In this document: in pieces, positions 41,092 to 50,868 of the stretch | How positions within the stretch are numbered: position 1 is the first letter of the stretch | Layout of the letters: every line of letters begins with the position of its first letter | Source of the DNA: Gammaproteobacteria bacterium | GTDB lineage: Bacteria > Pseudomonadota > Gammaproteobacteria > JABABF01 > JAHRAO01 | Length of the DNA stretch: 64,000 nucleotides | Assembly: GCA_020027215.1 (NCBI GenBank) | Contig: JAHRAO010000018.1 | Location: 10,013 to 74,012 of the forward strand | Direction of reading: 5' to 3' | The notes under the pieces: generated by a model | Told to the model about the DNA's origin: nothing | Seen by the model: the letters and a program-made list of their open reading frames with translations, nothing else | Database searches by the model: none | Translations under genes and position numbers: made by a program

Positions 41092-42125
41092 TTGCACCAA
41101 CGCAATTCGGTATCTAATCGTTGCATATCACATAAATGGCGGAGCTGCTTAATGCGTATAGTGGCTCTGCCATTAAAATCAGCGGCACTCAATCCTACTC
41201 TTTTGAATTGTGCGTATAAATCGGCAATACCGCGCTCAAGCGTCCAATCTGGACGAAAATCGGGCAATAGTTTTTGTGCTTTGCCAAAATTGACTTGATA
41301 ATTGCGTTGATCTGCTGTGCTTCCAGCCGCAATGGTGACTGTGGAACGAGGAACTGCGGTGGCAACCATATCGGCAATAGTGCGCACCTGACAATTGACC
41401 GCTTGCGAACCAATATTAAATGCCTGATTATGAATCACCGCTTGTGGTTGTTCCAACACGCTCACACAGGATTGCGCTATATCACGCACATGCACTAAAG
41501 GGCGCCATGCGGTGCCATCGCTCAATAACTTCACCTCCCCACTGGTGAATGCCGATGCGGTCAAGTTATTGACCACTATATCGCAACGCAAGCGCGGAGA
41601 GAAGCCAAATGCGGTCGCAAAACGCATAAAGATGGGGGAAAAATGATCGCTCGCCAAATCCGCTACATCTCGTTCGGTGTCCACTTTAGAATGCGCATAG
41701 GCGGTGAGAGGCGCAAATGCGGCTTCTTCACTTAATGATGTGTTCCCGCCTGCACCATAAATACTGCATGATGAGGCAAAAATAAACCGTTTGACTCCCG
41801 CTGTGCGCGCCGTTTGTGCTAAACGCAGTGATGCGCGATGGTTGATCGCTGTGGTTAGGTGGGGGTTCAATTCTCCAATCGGATCGTTGGATAAAGCAGC
41901 GAGATGAATAATTGCGCCGCAGTAGGTCAAGTGTTCGGCGGTGATATCGCGCACGTCTAACCGCAGTTGACGAGCAACGCCATGAGGGGCATTGGGCGAG
42001 ATGCCGAAAGCGTGTTCGCAATAGTATCCCGTATCAATCCCCCACACTTCATAACCGAGGTCAGCGAGGGTTTCACTCAATACACTGCCGATATAGCCGA
42101 GGTTCCCTGTAATGATGATGCGCAT
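41064..42125 (-). CDS. NAD-dependent epimerase/dehydratase (SDR family)
   Basis: Starts at the internal Met MRIIITGNLGYIGSVL (GxxGxxG Rossmann motif) and is about 354 aa. The ORF track's upstream extension to 42224 is probably spurious. Downstream of rfbF on the minus strand. Confidence 0.7.
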   Translation of the reverse strand: MRIIITGNLGYIGSVLSETLADLGYEVWGIDTGYYCEHAFGISPNAPHGVARQLRLDVRDITAEHLTYCGAIIHLAALSNDPIGELNPHLTTAINHRASLRLAQTARTAGVKRFIFASSCSIYGAGGNTSLSEEAAFAPLTAYAHSKVDTERDVADLASDHFSPIFMRFATAFGFSPRLRCDIVVNNLTASAFTSGEVKLLSDGTAWRPLVHVRDIAQSCVSVLEQPQAVIHNQAFNIGSQAVNCQVRTIADMVATAVPRSTVTIAAGSTADQRNYQVNFGKAQKLLPDFRPDWTLERGIADLYAQFKRVGLSAADFNGRATIRIKQLRHLCDMQRLDTELRWCNHLDNNDQF

Positions 42126-42129
42126 AGAT

Positions 42130-42933
42130 TTAATCGCTCCATACCTTCCACGGTGCGCCACTATGCCAATACCGTTCAAGCAATTTTTTATCGCGCACCG
42201 AATCCATAGGCTGCCAAAAACCACTGTGCGGATACGCCATCAATTGTCTATCACGCGTTAGATTCACTAAAGGGTCTTGCTCAAATGGCATAGAATCGCC
42301 TTCAATATAATCCAACACTTTTTTTTCCAAGACAAAGAATCCCCCATTAATCCGCCCTTGGTTATCGTGTGGTTTTTCAGCGAATTGAGTGATTTGATGA
42401 TTGTCGTCTGTATGAATCACTCCGTAACGGTTGGGCGGTGCAACGCTAGTGAGGGTTGCCAATTTGCCATGCTGCTGGTGTAATTGAAGCACCGCCGCAA
42501 TATTGACATCAGACAAGCCGTCACCGTAAGTAAACAAGAATGGCTTGTCCGCTGGCAAAAAATCGCCCACTCTTTTCAGCCTTCCCCCAGTCATGGTATC
42601 CAGTCCTGTATCCACCAAAGTCACGCGCCACGGAGCGGAACGGCACGCATGAAATTGCATTTCTCCCGATTGGAGATCCATCGTCACATCGGAAGAGTGG
42701 AGCATGAAATTGGCGAAGTATTCACGGATGACGTGTCCTTTGTAACCGAGACATATGATGAAATCGGTCACTCCAAAATGTTCGTAATATTTCATAATAT
42801 GCCAGAGGATAGGGTATCCCCCGATTTCAATCATCGGTTTAGGTTTATACATTGTCTCTTCCGCAATGCGGGTGCCATACCCCCCAGCAACAATGACCAA
42901 GTGCAGGTCGCTACATTTTATTGCGCTCATCAC
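42130..42933 (-). CDS. rfbF: Glucose-1-phosphate cytidylyltransferase (CDP-glucose pyrophosphorylase)
   Basis: LVIVAGGYGTRIAEETMYKPKPMIEIGGYPILWHIMKYYEHFGVTDFIICLGYKGHVIREYF matches RfbF/DdhA nearly motif for motif. Its start overlaps the upstream SDR stop. Confidence 0.8.
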   Translation of the reverse strand: MMSAIKCSDLHLVIVAGGYGTRIAEETMYKPKPMIEIGGYPILWHIMKYYEHFGVTDFIICLGYKGHVIREYFANFMLHSSDVTMDLQSGEMQFHACRSAPWRVTLVDTGLDTMTGGRLKRVGDFLPADKPFLFTYGDGLSDVNIAAVLQLHQQHGKLATLTSVAPPNRYGVIHTDDNHQITQFAEKPHDNQGRINGGFFVLEKKVLDYIEGDSMPFEQDPLVNLTRDRQLMAYPHSGFWQPMDSVRDKKLLERYWHSGAPWKVWSD

Positions 42934-43775
42934 AGTTCCTCTGCTAATAATGGGTCAAGGCGCTGGGCAGAACCCCAAAACGCCATAGGTTCATACACAG
43001 GATAGGGATAGTAACCTAAATTGAGGCGCAAGGTCGCGCCGCGTTCGGCAATGCGCTTCTCTACCAATTGGCGCACTGTGATCGGCACCCCGCGACAGCA
43101 ATTAACAATGCCCTGCACTTCTGGATGTTCAACCAATATCGCCAAGCGGCGAGCCACTTCATTTACTGTAAGATAGTCACGTTGTTGATCGCCTGGCGAC
43201 ATATTAAACACTGGGTCCCCATTATCAATTGCCGCGTCCAATTGCGCCATCAATGAGCGTTGTGCTTGCCCCGCACCGTATAAATAAAAAATACGCACCC
43301 ATTGCAAAAGAGGGGGCGATGGCATTTGTGCAATGTGCTCTGTTAACTGTAAGTGCAATTGGTGTTTGGCTTGCGCATAAGCGAGTATAGGTGCGGGAGG
43401 AGATGTTTCGCTGAGGCAACCTTCTTGTTTGCCATACTCAAAACAAGTGCCGGCACCTATGATGCGTTTAACGCCGGCACCTATCATCATCTTTAACCAG
43501 CGTAGTTGTGCGGGCAGTATTTCGGTGAGATGAAATTCACTCGCCATATCATCTAGCCGTGGCCAAGCTAAATGCAGTAATAAATCAGGCGAAGGCGGCG
43601 GCACAATATCATCATTGCCGATGGGTGCGGCGATAAATTGCACTTCATTCCACCACGCGGGAAGAGTGGGGGGAATAGATCTCGCCAATGCGGTGACTTG
43701 ATGTCCTCGTGCCAATAAAAGCGGCACCGTATGGCGACCAATAAAGCCCGTGGCTCCTGTGAGCAAAATTTTCAT
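42930..43775 (-). CDS. NAD(P)-dependent epimerase/reductase (short SDR, CDP-paratose/abequose synthase-like size)
   Basis: Starts at the internal Met MKILLTGATGFIGRH (GxxGxxG) and is about 281 aa. Its stop overlaps the rfbF start, consistent with a CDP-6-deoxy sugar pathway operon. Confidence 0.6.
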   Translation of the reverse strand: MKILLTGATGFIGRHTVPLLLARGHQVTALARSIPPTLPAWWNEVQFIAAPIGNDDIVPPPSPDLLLHLAWPRLDDMASEFHLTEILPAQLRWLKMMIGAGVKRIIGAGTCFEYGKQEGCLSETSPPAPILAYAQAKHQLHLQLTEHIAQMPSPPLLQWVRIFYLYGAGQAQRSLMAQLDAAIDNGDPVFNMSPGDQQRDYLTVNEVARRLAILVEHPEVQGIVNCCRGVPITVRQLVEKRIAERGATLRLNLGYYPYPVYEPMAFWGSAQRLDPLLAEEL

Positions 43776-43983
43776 CGCATGCACTCCAACAAAAAGAAAT
43801 GACCGCTCCATTTATGCATGCACACTATAATAATGGATGTTGCCATTTCTATAGTGAAGTTTTTCATCAGAGCACAATTGAATAAGGATATATCGCAAGG
43901 GATTATAATAATGGACGAAATGATTATCAGGCACTCTATCGTTATTTATGGCAATATGGCTTATAAAAGGTCAGGGGGAATAA

Positions 43984-45282
43984 ATGGCAGCGCTCAACGT
44001 CGCCAATAGAACGCTCTTTAATAGAGATAACTTGGATATTTTGCACGGAATCAACGATAGTTGTATTGATCTGATCTATTTAGACCCCCCATTCAATAAA
44101 AAAAAGACTTTCACCGCCCCGATTGGCAGTAGCGCAGAGGGTGCATCGTTCACCGATATTTTTAGACAAGAAGATATTAAGGACGAATGGGTGGATAGTA
44201 TCCGCTATGAAAATCATCAACTGCACGAATATCTAAAAGGAGTGAAGTTCTTTAGCAATCAATATAATTATTGCTACCTCGTTTATATGGCCGTGCGACT
44301 GATGGAATGCCACAGAATACTGAAAAATACGGGTAGCCTTTATCTCCATTGTGATCCGACTATGTCGCACTATCTGAAAATAGTGCTGGATTGTATTTTT
44401 GGAGAGGATAATTTTAGGAATGAAGTTGTTTGGAGCTACAGCACGGGTGGAGTTAGCAAAAGACATTTTGCAAAAAAACACGACATTATTTTGTTTTATT
44501 CTAAAACTTCTAAAAAGTGTTTTAATCAACCGAGAATACCAAGCAAAGATAGCAAAAGATTTAACATACAGGATAATTATGGCAAAATGTATTATGAAAA
44601 AGCTGGCAATCGTTATTACCTAGATGAAGGTGTTGCCATGACTGATGTATGGGATGTTTATCCTGTTAGAAATGTATCAAAAGAACGTACCGGCTACCCC
44701 ACCCAAAAACCGCTTGCTTTATTAGAGCGGATCGTACAAGCGAGTAGCAACAAAGGGGATGTGGTGCTGGACCCTTTTTGTGGTTGCGCCACAACCTGCA
44801 TAGCGGCAGAAAAACTGGAAAGACAATGGATAGGAATAGATGTATCGGTCACGGCGTATGATTTAGTTAGGAAGCGGATGCGCGATGTTTATCCGGACAC
44901 CGAAATGTTCAAGGATTACGGGATTATTTGTCAAACCACCGTGCCCACCCGCACTGCAATGGGTACAGCAGACAGCAGTGGATTTGTTTACGTGATCAAA
45001 AACGCTGCTTGGAAAGCGCGCTACAAAGTCGGTATCGCCAAAGATGTGGGCAAACGATTAAAGAGCTACCAAACATCAGACCCGCATCGGGGTTATGAAT
45101 TAGTGTATAGCCGACAAAGTATTTATTACCGAGAGATAGAAAAATACATCCACAAGCGGTTTGATAGCGACTATGAATGGGTCTTGTGTCGCGATGAACA
45201 GGCGTTAATTGAAGCCATAGAAAAATATAAAAAAGCCCCGTCGTTGCTCAAAGTCGCCGAACAAGATAATGATTATACATAG
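43984..45282 (+). CDS. Beta-class DNA N6-adenine/N4-cytosine methyltransferase fused to a C-terminal T5orf172 (GIY-YIG-like) domain; no adjacent restriction gene
   Basis: Motif IV IYLDPPF (DPPY-type) comes before motif I VVLDPFCGCATT, which is the beta-class order. The C-terminal ~100 aa (GFVYVIKNAAWKARYKVGIAKDVGKRLKSYQTS...YELVY..) matches the T5orf172/MUG113 domain pattern. The RBS AGGGGG sits 5 nt before the ATG. The upstream 170 bp is AT-rich. Confidence 0.75.
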   Translation: MAALNVANRTLFNRDNLDILHGINDSCIDLIYLDPPFNKKKTFTAPIGSSAEGASFTDIFRQEDIKDEWVDSIRYENHQLHEYLKGVKFFSNQYNYCYLVYMAVRLMECHRILKNTGSLYLHCDPTMSHYLKIVLDCIFGEDNFRNEVVWSYSTGGVSKRHFAKKHDIILFYSKTSKKCFNQPRIPSKDSKRFNIQDNYGKMYYEKAGNRYYLDEGVAMTDVWDVYPVRNVSKERTGYPTQKPLALLERIVQASSNKGDVVLDPFCGCATTCIAAEKLERQWIGIDVSVTAYDLVRKRMRDVYPDTEMFKDYGIICQTTVPTRTAMGTADSSGFVYVIKNAAWKARYKVGIAKDVGKRLKSYQTSDPHRGYELVYSRQSIYYREIEKYIHKRFDSDYEWVLCRDEQALIEAIEKYKKAPSLLKVAEQDNDYT

Positions 45283-45311
45283 GCTAATCTAATGGCTTAA
45301 GCACTCTCATT

Positions 45312-47051
45312 ATGGGCATGGCGATTATTCGGGAATTAAACCAACGGTTGATTGACCAAATCAGTGCGGGGGAAGTCATTGAGCGGCCTTCATCAATCAT
45401 CAAAGAGTTGTTAGAAAATAGCTTAGACGCTTCCGCGACACAAATTGAAATCACCTTGCAACAGAGCGGATTGCGGCTGATTCAGCTGCGCGATAATGGG
45501 GTGGGCATTGCGAAAGAGGATTTAATCATGGCGTTGCGCCGCCATGCGACAAGTAAAATCAGCAACTTAGACGAGCTTCTAGCCATAGGGAGTTTTGGTT
45601 TCCGCGGCGAAGCACTCGCATCCATTGCCGCTGTATCGCGCACCGTATTGACTTCATCGTGCGGTGGACAAAGCGGATGGCGGATGGAAAATGGCACCAT
45701 TACTGCGGCACCTCATCCACAAGGCACCACCGTTGCAGTCAGCGACCTATTTTACAACACTCCAGCACGGCGAAAATTTTTACGTTCCGAACGCACCGAA
45801 TTACGTCATCTACTCCAATGCAGCAGGGAAATAGCACTGAGCTGTTTTGATGTGGAATTATCCATCACCCATAATAAGCGCAGGATCAATCATCTGCCGG
45901 TGTGCCACAATGACGCAGATAAAAAAGACCGTTTAGCCGCGATTTGCGGCAAAGACTTTATAACTCACGCCATACCGGTCCATCAAGAAAACAACGGCAT
46001 CGTCTTAGAAGGTTGGATTGCTGAACCCGCTTACGCACGAAGCCAAGCGGATATGTTTTATCTCTATGTGAACAAGCGCTCAATCAATGATCGCTCCATT
46101 TACCATGCCATTCGCCAAGGATACCGTGATGTGCTCTACCACGATAGGCACCCAGCATTTGTTCTCCATCTAACCGTTGATCCAGCAACAGTAGATGTCA
46201 ATGTACATCCCACTAAACGAGAAGTGCGCTTTACCGCACCGCAGGCGGTGCATAGCTTTGTCACCGGTGTTATCCAACATACTTTAGCCACCCACAGTCC
46301 GCGCAATGCCCAAGAATCGCGACAAATAAAAGTGACTTCCACTGATTCAGCGGCAGTGCAGCTCCGCCACCAACAAACTCCATCTCTCCCGCTGACTGGA
46401 GGGCGTGCCGATTCGGCAATACGCGATCTAAACCTTTCCTCTATCAAAGAGAAATCCGAGGAGATACCGCCTTTAGGATATGCATTGGCACAATTAAAAA
46501 ACATCTACATTCTCGCCGAAAATGCAGAAGGGCTCATTATTGTAGATATGCATGCCGCTCACGAACGCATCACCTATGAAAAAATGAAGCAAGAGTTTGC
46601 CCAATATAGCAGCATTGCATCTCAATCTTTGCTCACTCCGATTACCGTGAATATCAACACACAAGAATATGCTCTCGTAGAGCAACACAGTGCGTTACTC
46701 GCCAATATGGGGTTGGAAATTGATTTAGTGGGTGAGGAGCAACTGCTTATTCGCTCCTATCCAACTCGATTAGCGCACGATAAAGTGAGCGCATTAGTGC
46801 GCGATCTGCTCAGCGATTTAGCGCAATACGGGGTGAGCGAACGCATAACAGATCATTATAATGATCTATTATCTTCTATGGCTTGTTATCACTCAATACG
46901 GGCGGGACGGCAACTCACCCTTGCTGAAATGAACGCCTTACTGCGTGAAATGGAGAGTACAAGTTATAGTGGGAGTTGCAATCACGGTCGTCCAACTTGG
47001 GTGGTGCAAAGCATAACTGAATTAGATAAGCTATTCTTGCGCGGGCAGTGA
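45312..47051 (+). CDS. mutL: DNA mismatch repair protein MutL
   Basis: GHKL ATPase N-terminus ISAGEVIERPSSIIKELLENSLDA and GFRGEALASI, with a C-terminal dimerisation region. 579 aa. Confidence 0.9.
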   Translation: MGMAIIRELNQRLIDQISAGEVIERPSSIIKELLENSLDASATQIEITLQQSGLRLIQLRDNGVGIAKEDLIMALRRHATSKISNLDELLAIGSFGFRGEALASIAAVSRTVLTSSCGGQSGWRMENGTITAAPHPQGTTVAVSDLFYNTPARRKFLRSERTELRHLLQCSREIALSCFDVELSITHNKRRINHLPVCHNDADKKDRLAAICGKDFITHAIPVHQENNGIVLEGWIAEPAYARSQADMFYLYVNKRSINDRSIYHAIRQGYRDVLYHDRHPAFVLHLTVDPATVDVNVHPTKREVRFTAPQAVHSFVTGVIQHTLATHSPRNAQESRQIKVTSTDSAAVQLRHQQTPSLPLTGGRADSAIRDLNLSSIKEKSEEIPPLGYALAQLKNIYILAENAEGLIIVDMHAAHERITYEKMKQEFAQYSSIASQSLLTPITVNINTQEYALVEQHSALLANMGLEIDLVGEEQLLIRSYPTRLAHDKVSALVRDLLSDLAQYGVSERITDHYNDLLSSMACYHSIRAGRQLTLAEMNALLREMESTSYSGSCNHGRPTWVVQSITELDKLFLRGQ

Positions 47052-47054
47052 ATG

Positions 47055-48419
47055 CTACATTGTGCGGCGCCAAGTGGTTCCCGAACGCCCATCCTCTAAT
47101 ACCACTCCTTGCAAGGAGAGTTTTAAACGAATGGCATCAGCCCGCTCATAATCGCCAGCCGCTTTAGCGGCGGCGCGCTCGTGAATTAATTGTTCTATTG
47201 CGGCTGCATGCGTATCGCCGCGTAAAAATGTCAATGGTGCTTGTTGTAAAATGCCCAATACGCTGGACAGATGCTTCAATTCAGCCACTAATGCGGCTGC
47301 TTTCTTATTGCGCGGTAAACTATTCAAATCTCGGGTCATATCAAATAATACCGCCAATGCTGCTGGAGTATTGAAGTCATCAGCCATAGTTTCGGTAAAT
47401 TGTTGGCTCCAATCACTTGCCGTGTATGGTTGTTCCGCACAATCTTTATGGGATTGCAACGCCAAATAAAAACGTCGCAGCGACGCCATGGATTCATTCA
47501 TTTGTTGGTCATTAAATTGAATTGGGCTACGATAATGGGACGCACAGAATAAATAGCGCAACGCTTCGGCGGGGTAATGCTGTATCACATCGCGGATTGT
47601 AAAAAAATTGCCTAATGACTTAGACATTTTTTCTTCACCCGATCGCACCGCACCAACATGCATCCACAAACGAACAAATGGCTGTCCATAGGTTGCTTCA
47701 CTTTGGGCAATTTCATTTTCATGGTGGGGAAAAATTAAATCCGGCCCACCACCGTGTATATCAATTGAAGGGGCAAGACAATATGCCACCATAGCCGAAC
47801 ATTCAATATGCCACCCCGGACGACCACGTCCCCATGGAGAATCCCAGCCGACTTCATCGGGTTGAGATCCTTTCCACAACGAGAAATCATGCACATTTTT
47901 TTTCAGTGGGTTGGGGGTAATGCGCGCACCTGCCATGAGTTGGGTTAAATCTTTACGCGCTAATTTTCCATAAGTGGGAAATTGCTCTACCGCAAAATAG
48001 ACATCGCCACCGCTGCAATAGGCGTATTTTTTCTCAATTAACACCTTAATCATGGCAATAATATGGGATAAATGTTGAGTGGCGCGCGGCTCAATATCGG
48101 GGGGCAGCACAGCAAGTGCCTGCTCATCTTCATGCAAAGCAGTGATAAAGCGGTCAGTCAGTGCGCTGTGATGAATTTTTTCTGCGCTGGCACGTTGTAA
48201 AATCTTATCGTCTATGTCGGTGATATTGCGAGCATAGGTAAGATGGTAACCGCAATGGCGCACAAAACGGCTGATGATATCAAAAGAAACCAGTACGCGC
48301 GCGTGCCCGACATGGCAATAGTCGTAAGCCGTAATACCGCACACATACATATTTAATTTATCGTGCAGTGCCCCGAGCGGTTCTTTGCGCCGCGTAAAGG
48401 TATTGTATATACGAATCAT
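47055..48419 (-). CDS. cysS: Cysteine--tRNA ligase
   Basis: MYVCGITAYDYCHVGHARV (HIGH region), KMSKSLGN, and an N-terminus closely matching E. coli CysRS. Confidence 0.9.
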   Translation of the reverse strand: MIRIYNTFTRRKEPLGALHDKLNMYVCGITAYDYCHVGHARVLVSFDIISRFVRHCGYHLTYARNITDIDDKILQRASAEKIHHSALTDRFITALHEDEQALAVLPPDIEPRATQHLSHIIAMIKVLIEKKYAYCSGGDVYFAVEQFPTYGKLARKDLTQLMAGARITPNPLKKNVHDFSLWKGSQPDEVGWDSPWGRGRPGWHIECSAMVAYCLAPSIDIHGGGPDLIFPHHENEIAQSEATYGQPFVRLWMHVGAVRSGEEKMSKSLGNFFTIRDVIQHYPAEALRYLFCASHYRSPIQFNDQQMNESMASLRRFYLALQSHKDCAEQPYTASDWSQQFTETMADDFNTPAALAVLFDMTRDLNSLPRNKKAAALVAELKHLSSVLGILQQAPLTFLRGDTHAAAIEQLIHERAAAKAAGDYERADAIRLKLSLQGVVLEDGRSGTTWRRTM

Positions 48420-50071
48420 TTTGTGCGTGCCTGCAAGGCGACAATACGATGAAATATCTTTTTCCCGCCGCTACTCAACCCACTATCTGCACAAAAATAA
48501 CCCAAGCGCTCAAATTGGAAACTCCCTTGTGCCTCCTTTAATGACGGATCCAACTGACAATCGGATAATATACGCATAGAGTGCGGATTGAGGGTTGGCT
48601 CGGATAAAAAATCGGCATCTTCTTCCAGAAATAAGGGCTCATACAGGCGGACTTCTGCAGACCAAGCGGTATGCTTTGCCACCCAGTGAATCACGCCGTG
48701 CACTTTATAACCGTCCGGTTTCACTCCTAAAGAATGTGGATCGTAATGGCAATGCACCTCTCTAACTCTACCATCGTCGTCGGTGGTATAGTCATCACAA
48801 TGCACCGTATAACCACCGCGCAAACGCACCCAACGTCCCACCGCAAGCCGTTTGTATTTCGCTGGCGGGTCACGATGAAAATCCGACCGCTCAATATACA
48901 AGTCGTGCGTAAAAGTAAAAGAGCGCCGCTCATTCGAATTACATTCATTCGGATACTTGGGCATAGATAATTCCTCCTCTTGCTCGGGGGGATAATTAGT
49001 GATCACTAAGCGGATAGGGTCTAATACTGCCATTACGCGAGGGGCAGATTTATTTAGCTCGCTGCGTACTTCGTGTTCCAGTAAAGCGAGGTCTACAATA
49101 CTATCCGTTTTTGCCACACCTATCGCATCACAAAATCGGCGAATGGCTACGGGAGGATAACCCCTACGTTTCATTCCCTCTAATGTCGGCATACGCGGGT
49201 CAGACCAATCGCACACTTTTCCACTAGCCACCAATTTCTTCAATTTACGCTTACTCAATACTGTGTGGCTGAGATGTAAGCGCGCAAATTCAATTTGGCG
49301 TGGATTATGGGCAGTATGGACATGCTGCACAAACCAATCGTAGAGTGGGCGGTGATCTTCAAATTCTAAGCTGCATAATGAATGAGTCACACCATCCAAC
49401 GCATCGCAGAGGCTATGGCTAAAATCGTAAGTTGGGTAAATACACCACTCGTCACCTGTACGGTAGTGATTTTGATGGAGGATACGATACATCACTGGGT
49501 CACGCATATTCATGTTGGGCGATGCCATATCTATTTTTGCCCGTAGAACATAACGCCCTTCAGCGTGTTGTCCAGATTTCATTTCCCGAAACAGGGTGAG
49601 GTTTTCGGCACTTGAACGGTCGCGCCATGGACTATTGCTCCCCGCAGCGGTTAAAGAACCACGATAATCGCGCATTTGTGCAGGGGTCAATTCACAGACA
49701 AACGCTAATCCCTTTTCAATCAATTGCTCTGCAAATGCATACAACTTGCCAAAATAATCCGAAGTATAGCGGGGTTCGTTATCCCATTCAAAACCCAACC
49801 ATTTTATATTGGCTTTTATTGCCTCAACATAAGTGATATTTTCGCCTGTCGGATTCGTATCATCTAAACGCAGATAACACTTCCCTCCGTAGTTCTTGCT
49901 GAGACCAAAATTGAGACATATGGATTTCGCGTGTCCGATATGCAGGTACCCATTCGGCTCGGGTGGAAAACGCATCACAATATGAGGGGTCAACCCAGTC
50001 GCTTTATCTTCTTCAATTGCCGTACGGATAAAATGACTTTTGATGGAGCAATTCGTATTTCTTTTACTCAT
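48416..50071 (-). CDS. glnS: Glutamine--tRNA ligase
   Basis: RFPPEPNGYLHIGHAKS (HIGH) and a class I GlnRS layout. Its stop overlaps the cysS start. Confidence 0.9.
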   Translation of the reverse strand: MSKRNTNCSIKSHFIRTAIEEDKATGLTPHIVMRFPPEPNGYLHIGHAKSICLNFGLSKNYGGKCYLRLDDTNPTGENITYVEAIKANIKWLGFEWDNEPRYTSDYFGKLYAFAEQLIEKGLAFVCELTPAQMRDYRGSLTAAGSNSPWRDRSSAENLTLFREMKSGQHAEGRYVLRAKIDMASPNMNMRDPVMYRILHQNHYRTGDEWCIYPTYDFSHSLCDALDGVTHSLCSLEFEDHRPLYDWFVQHVHTAHNPRQIEFARLHLSHTVLSKRKLKKLVASGKVCDWSDPRMPTLEGMKRRGYPPVAIRRFCDAIGVAKTDSIVDLALLEHEVRSELNKSAPRVMAVLDPIRLVITNYPPEQEEELSMPKYPNECNSNERRSFTFTHDLYIERSDFHRDPPAKYKRLAVGRWVRLRGGYTVHCDDYTTDDDGRVREVHCHYDPHSLGVKPDGYKVHGVIHWVAKHTAWSAEVRLYEPLFLEEDADFLSEPTLNPHSMRILSDCQLDPSLKEAQGSFQFERLGYFCADSGLSSGGKKIFHRIVALQARTK

Positions 50072-50115
50072 ATTTTTGATATTATAGGAGGAATTTTGAA
50101 TAAGGCGTAACCATT

Positions 50116-50868
50116 TTGATTAGATTATTTATTTCCGATTTGCATCTACATAGTGACCGCCCGCAGGTAGCAGAAGGATTAAACAACTTTCTCAATACCC
50201 ATGCACATCGCGCTGACGCATTGTATATTTTAGGTGATTTATTTGATTCGTGGATAGGTGACGATTACTGCCTGCCTCTTTATCAACAGATAATCGACTC
50301 ACTGGCACAAGTCGGTAAAAGTAAGGTTGCACTCTACTTTATGCACGGAAACCGCGATTTTCTCATCCGTGAAGAATTTAGTCGCCATACCGCCTGCCAA
50401 ATTATTAATGATCCTCATACTATTACTGGGCATGCACAAGATGTTTTACTGACCCACGGTGATATCTTATGCACCAAAGATATCACCCACAAGATTTTAA
50501 TTGCCATCACGCGTCGGCGGCGATGGATTAAAAACATCCTCGTCAATAGCTTCCTCGCTCAACCGATTCGCAGGCGGCTTCAAATACTCCAAGCGGTCAA
50601 ACGAATTAATGTGAAATTCAAAAAGAACAAAAGTCTAGAGATAATGGATGTCGTACCAAAAACCGTACAACAAGTCATGGAAACCCATCGTACATCAATT
50701 ATGATCCATGGTCACACACATCGTCCAGCAATTCACCGATTGGCAACCAATGGTGAGCCGCAATATCGTATCGTACTCGGCGATTGGGATGAGTATGGGT
50801 GGTATGTTCAATGGGATGATCAATTATCTGGGATTGACGCATTTCAATTGCAAAAGTTTAAAATTTAA
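50116..50868 (+). CDS. lpxH: UDP-2,3-diacylglucosamine diphosphatase
   Basis: Calcineurin-like metallophosphoesterase motifs (FISDLHL, GDLFD, GNRD, HGHTH) in LpxH order. 250 aa. Confidence 0.85.
   Translation: MIRLFISDLHLHSDRPQVAEGLNNFLNTHAHRADALYILGDLFDSWIGDDYCLPLYQQIIDSLAQVGKSKVALYFMHGNRDFLIREEFSRHTACQIINDPHTITGHAQDVLLTHGDILCTKDITHKILIAITRRRRWIKNILVNSFLAQPIRRRLQILQAVKRINVKFKKNKSLEIMDVVPKTVQQVMETHRTSIMIHGHTHRPAIHRLATNGEPQYRIVLGDWDEYGWYVQWDDQLSGIDAFQLQKFKI

Noticed and set aside
43818-44009. 63-aa ORF overlapping the MTase start
   Set aside because: It is an AT-rich low-complexity translation. The MTase ATG at 43984 has a good RBS (AGGGGG-N5-ATG).
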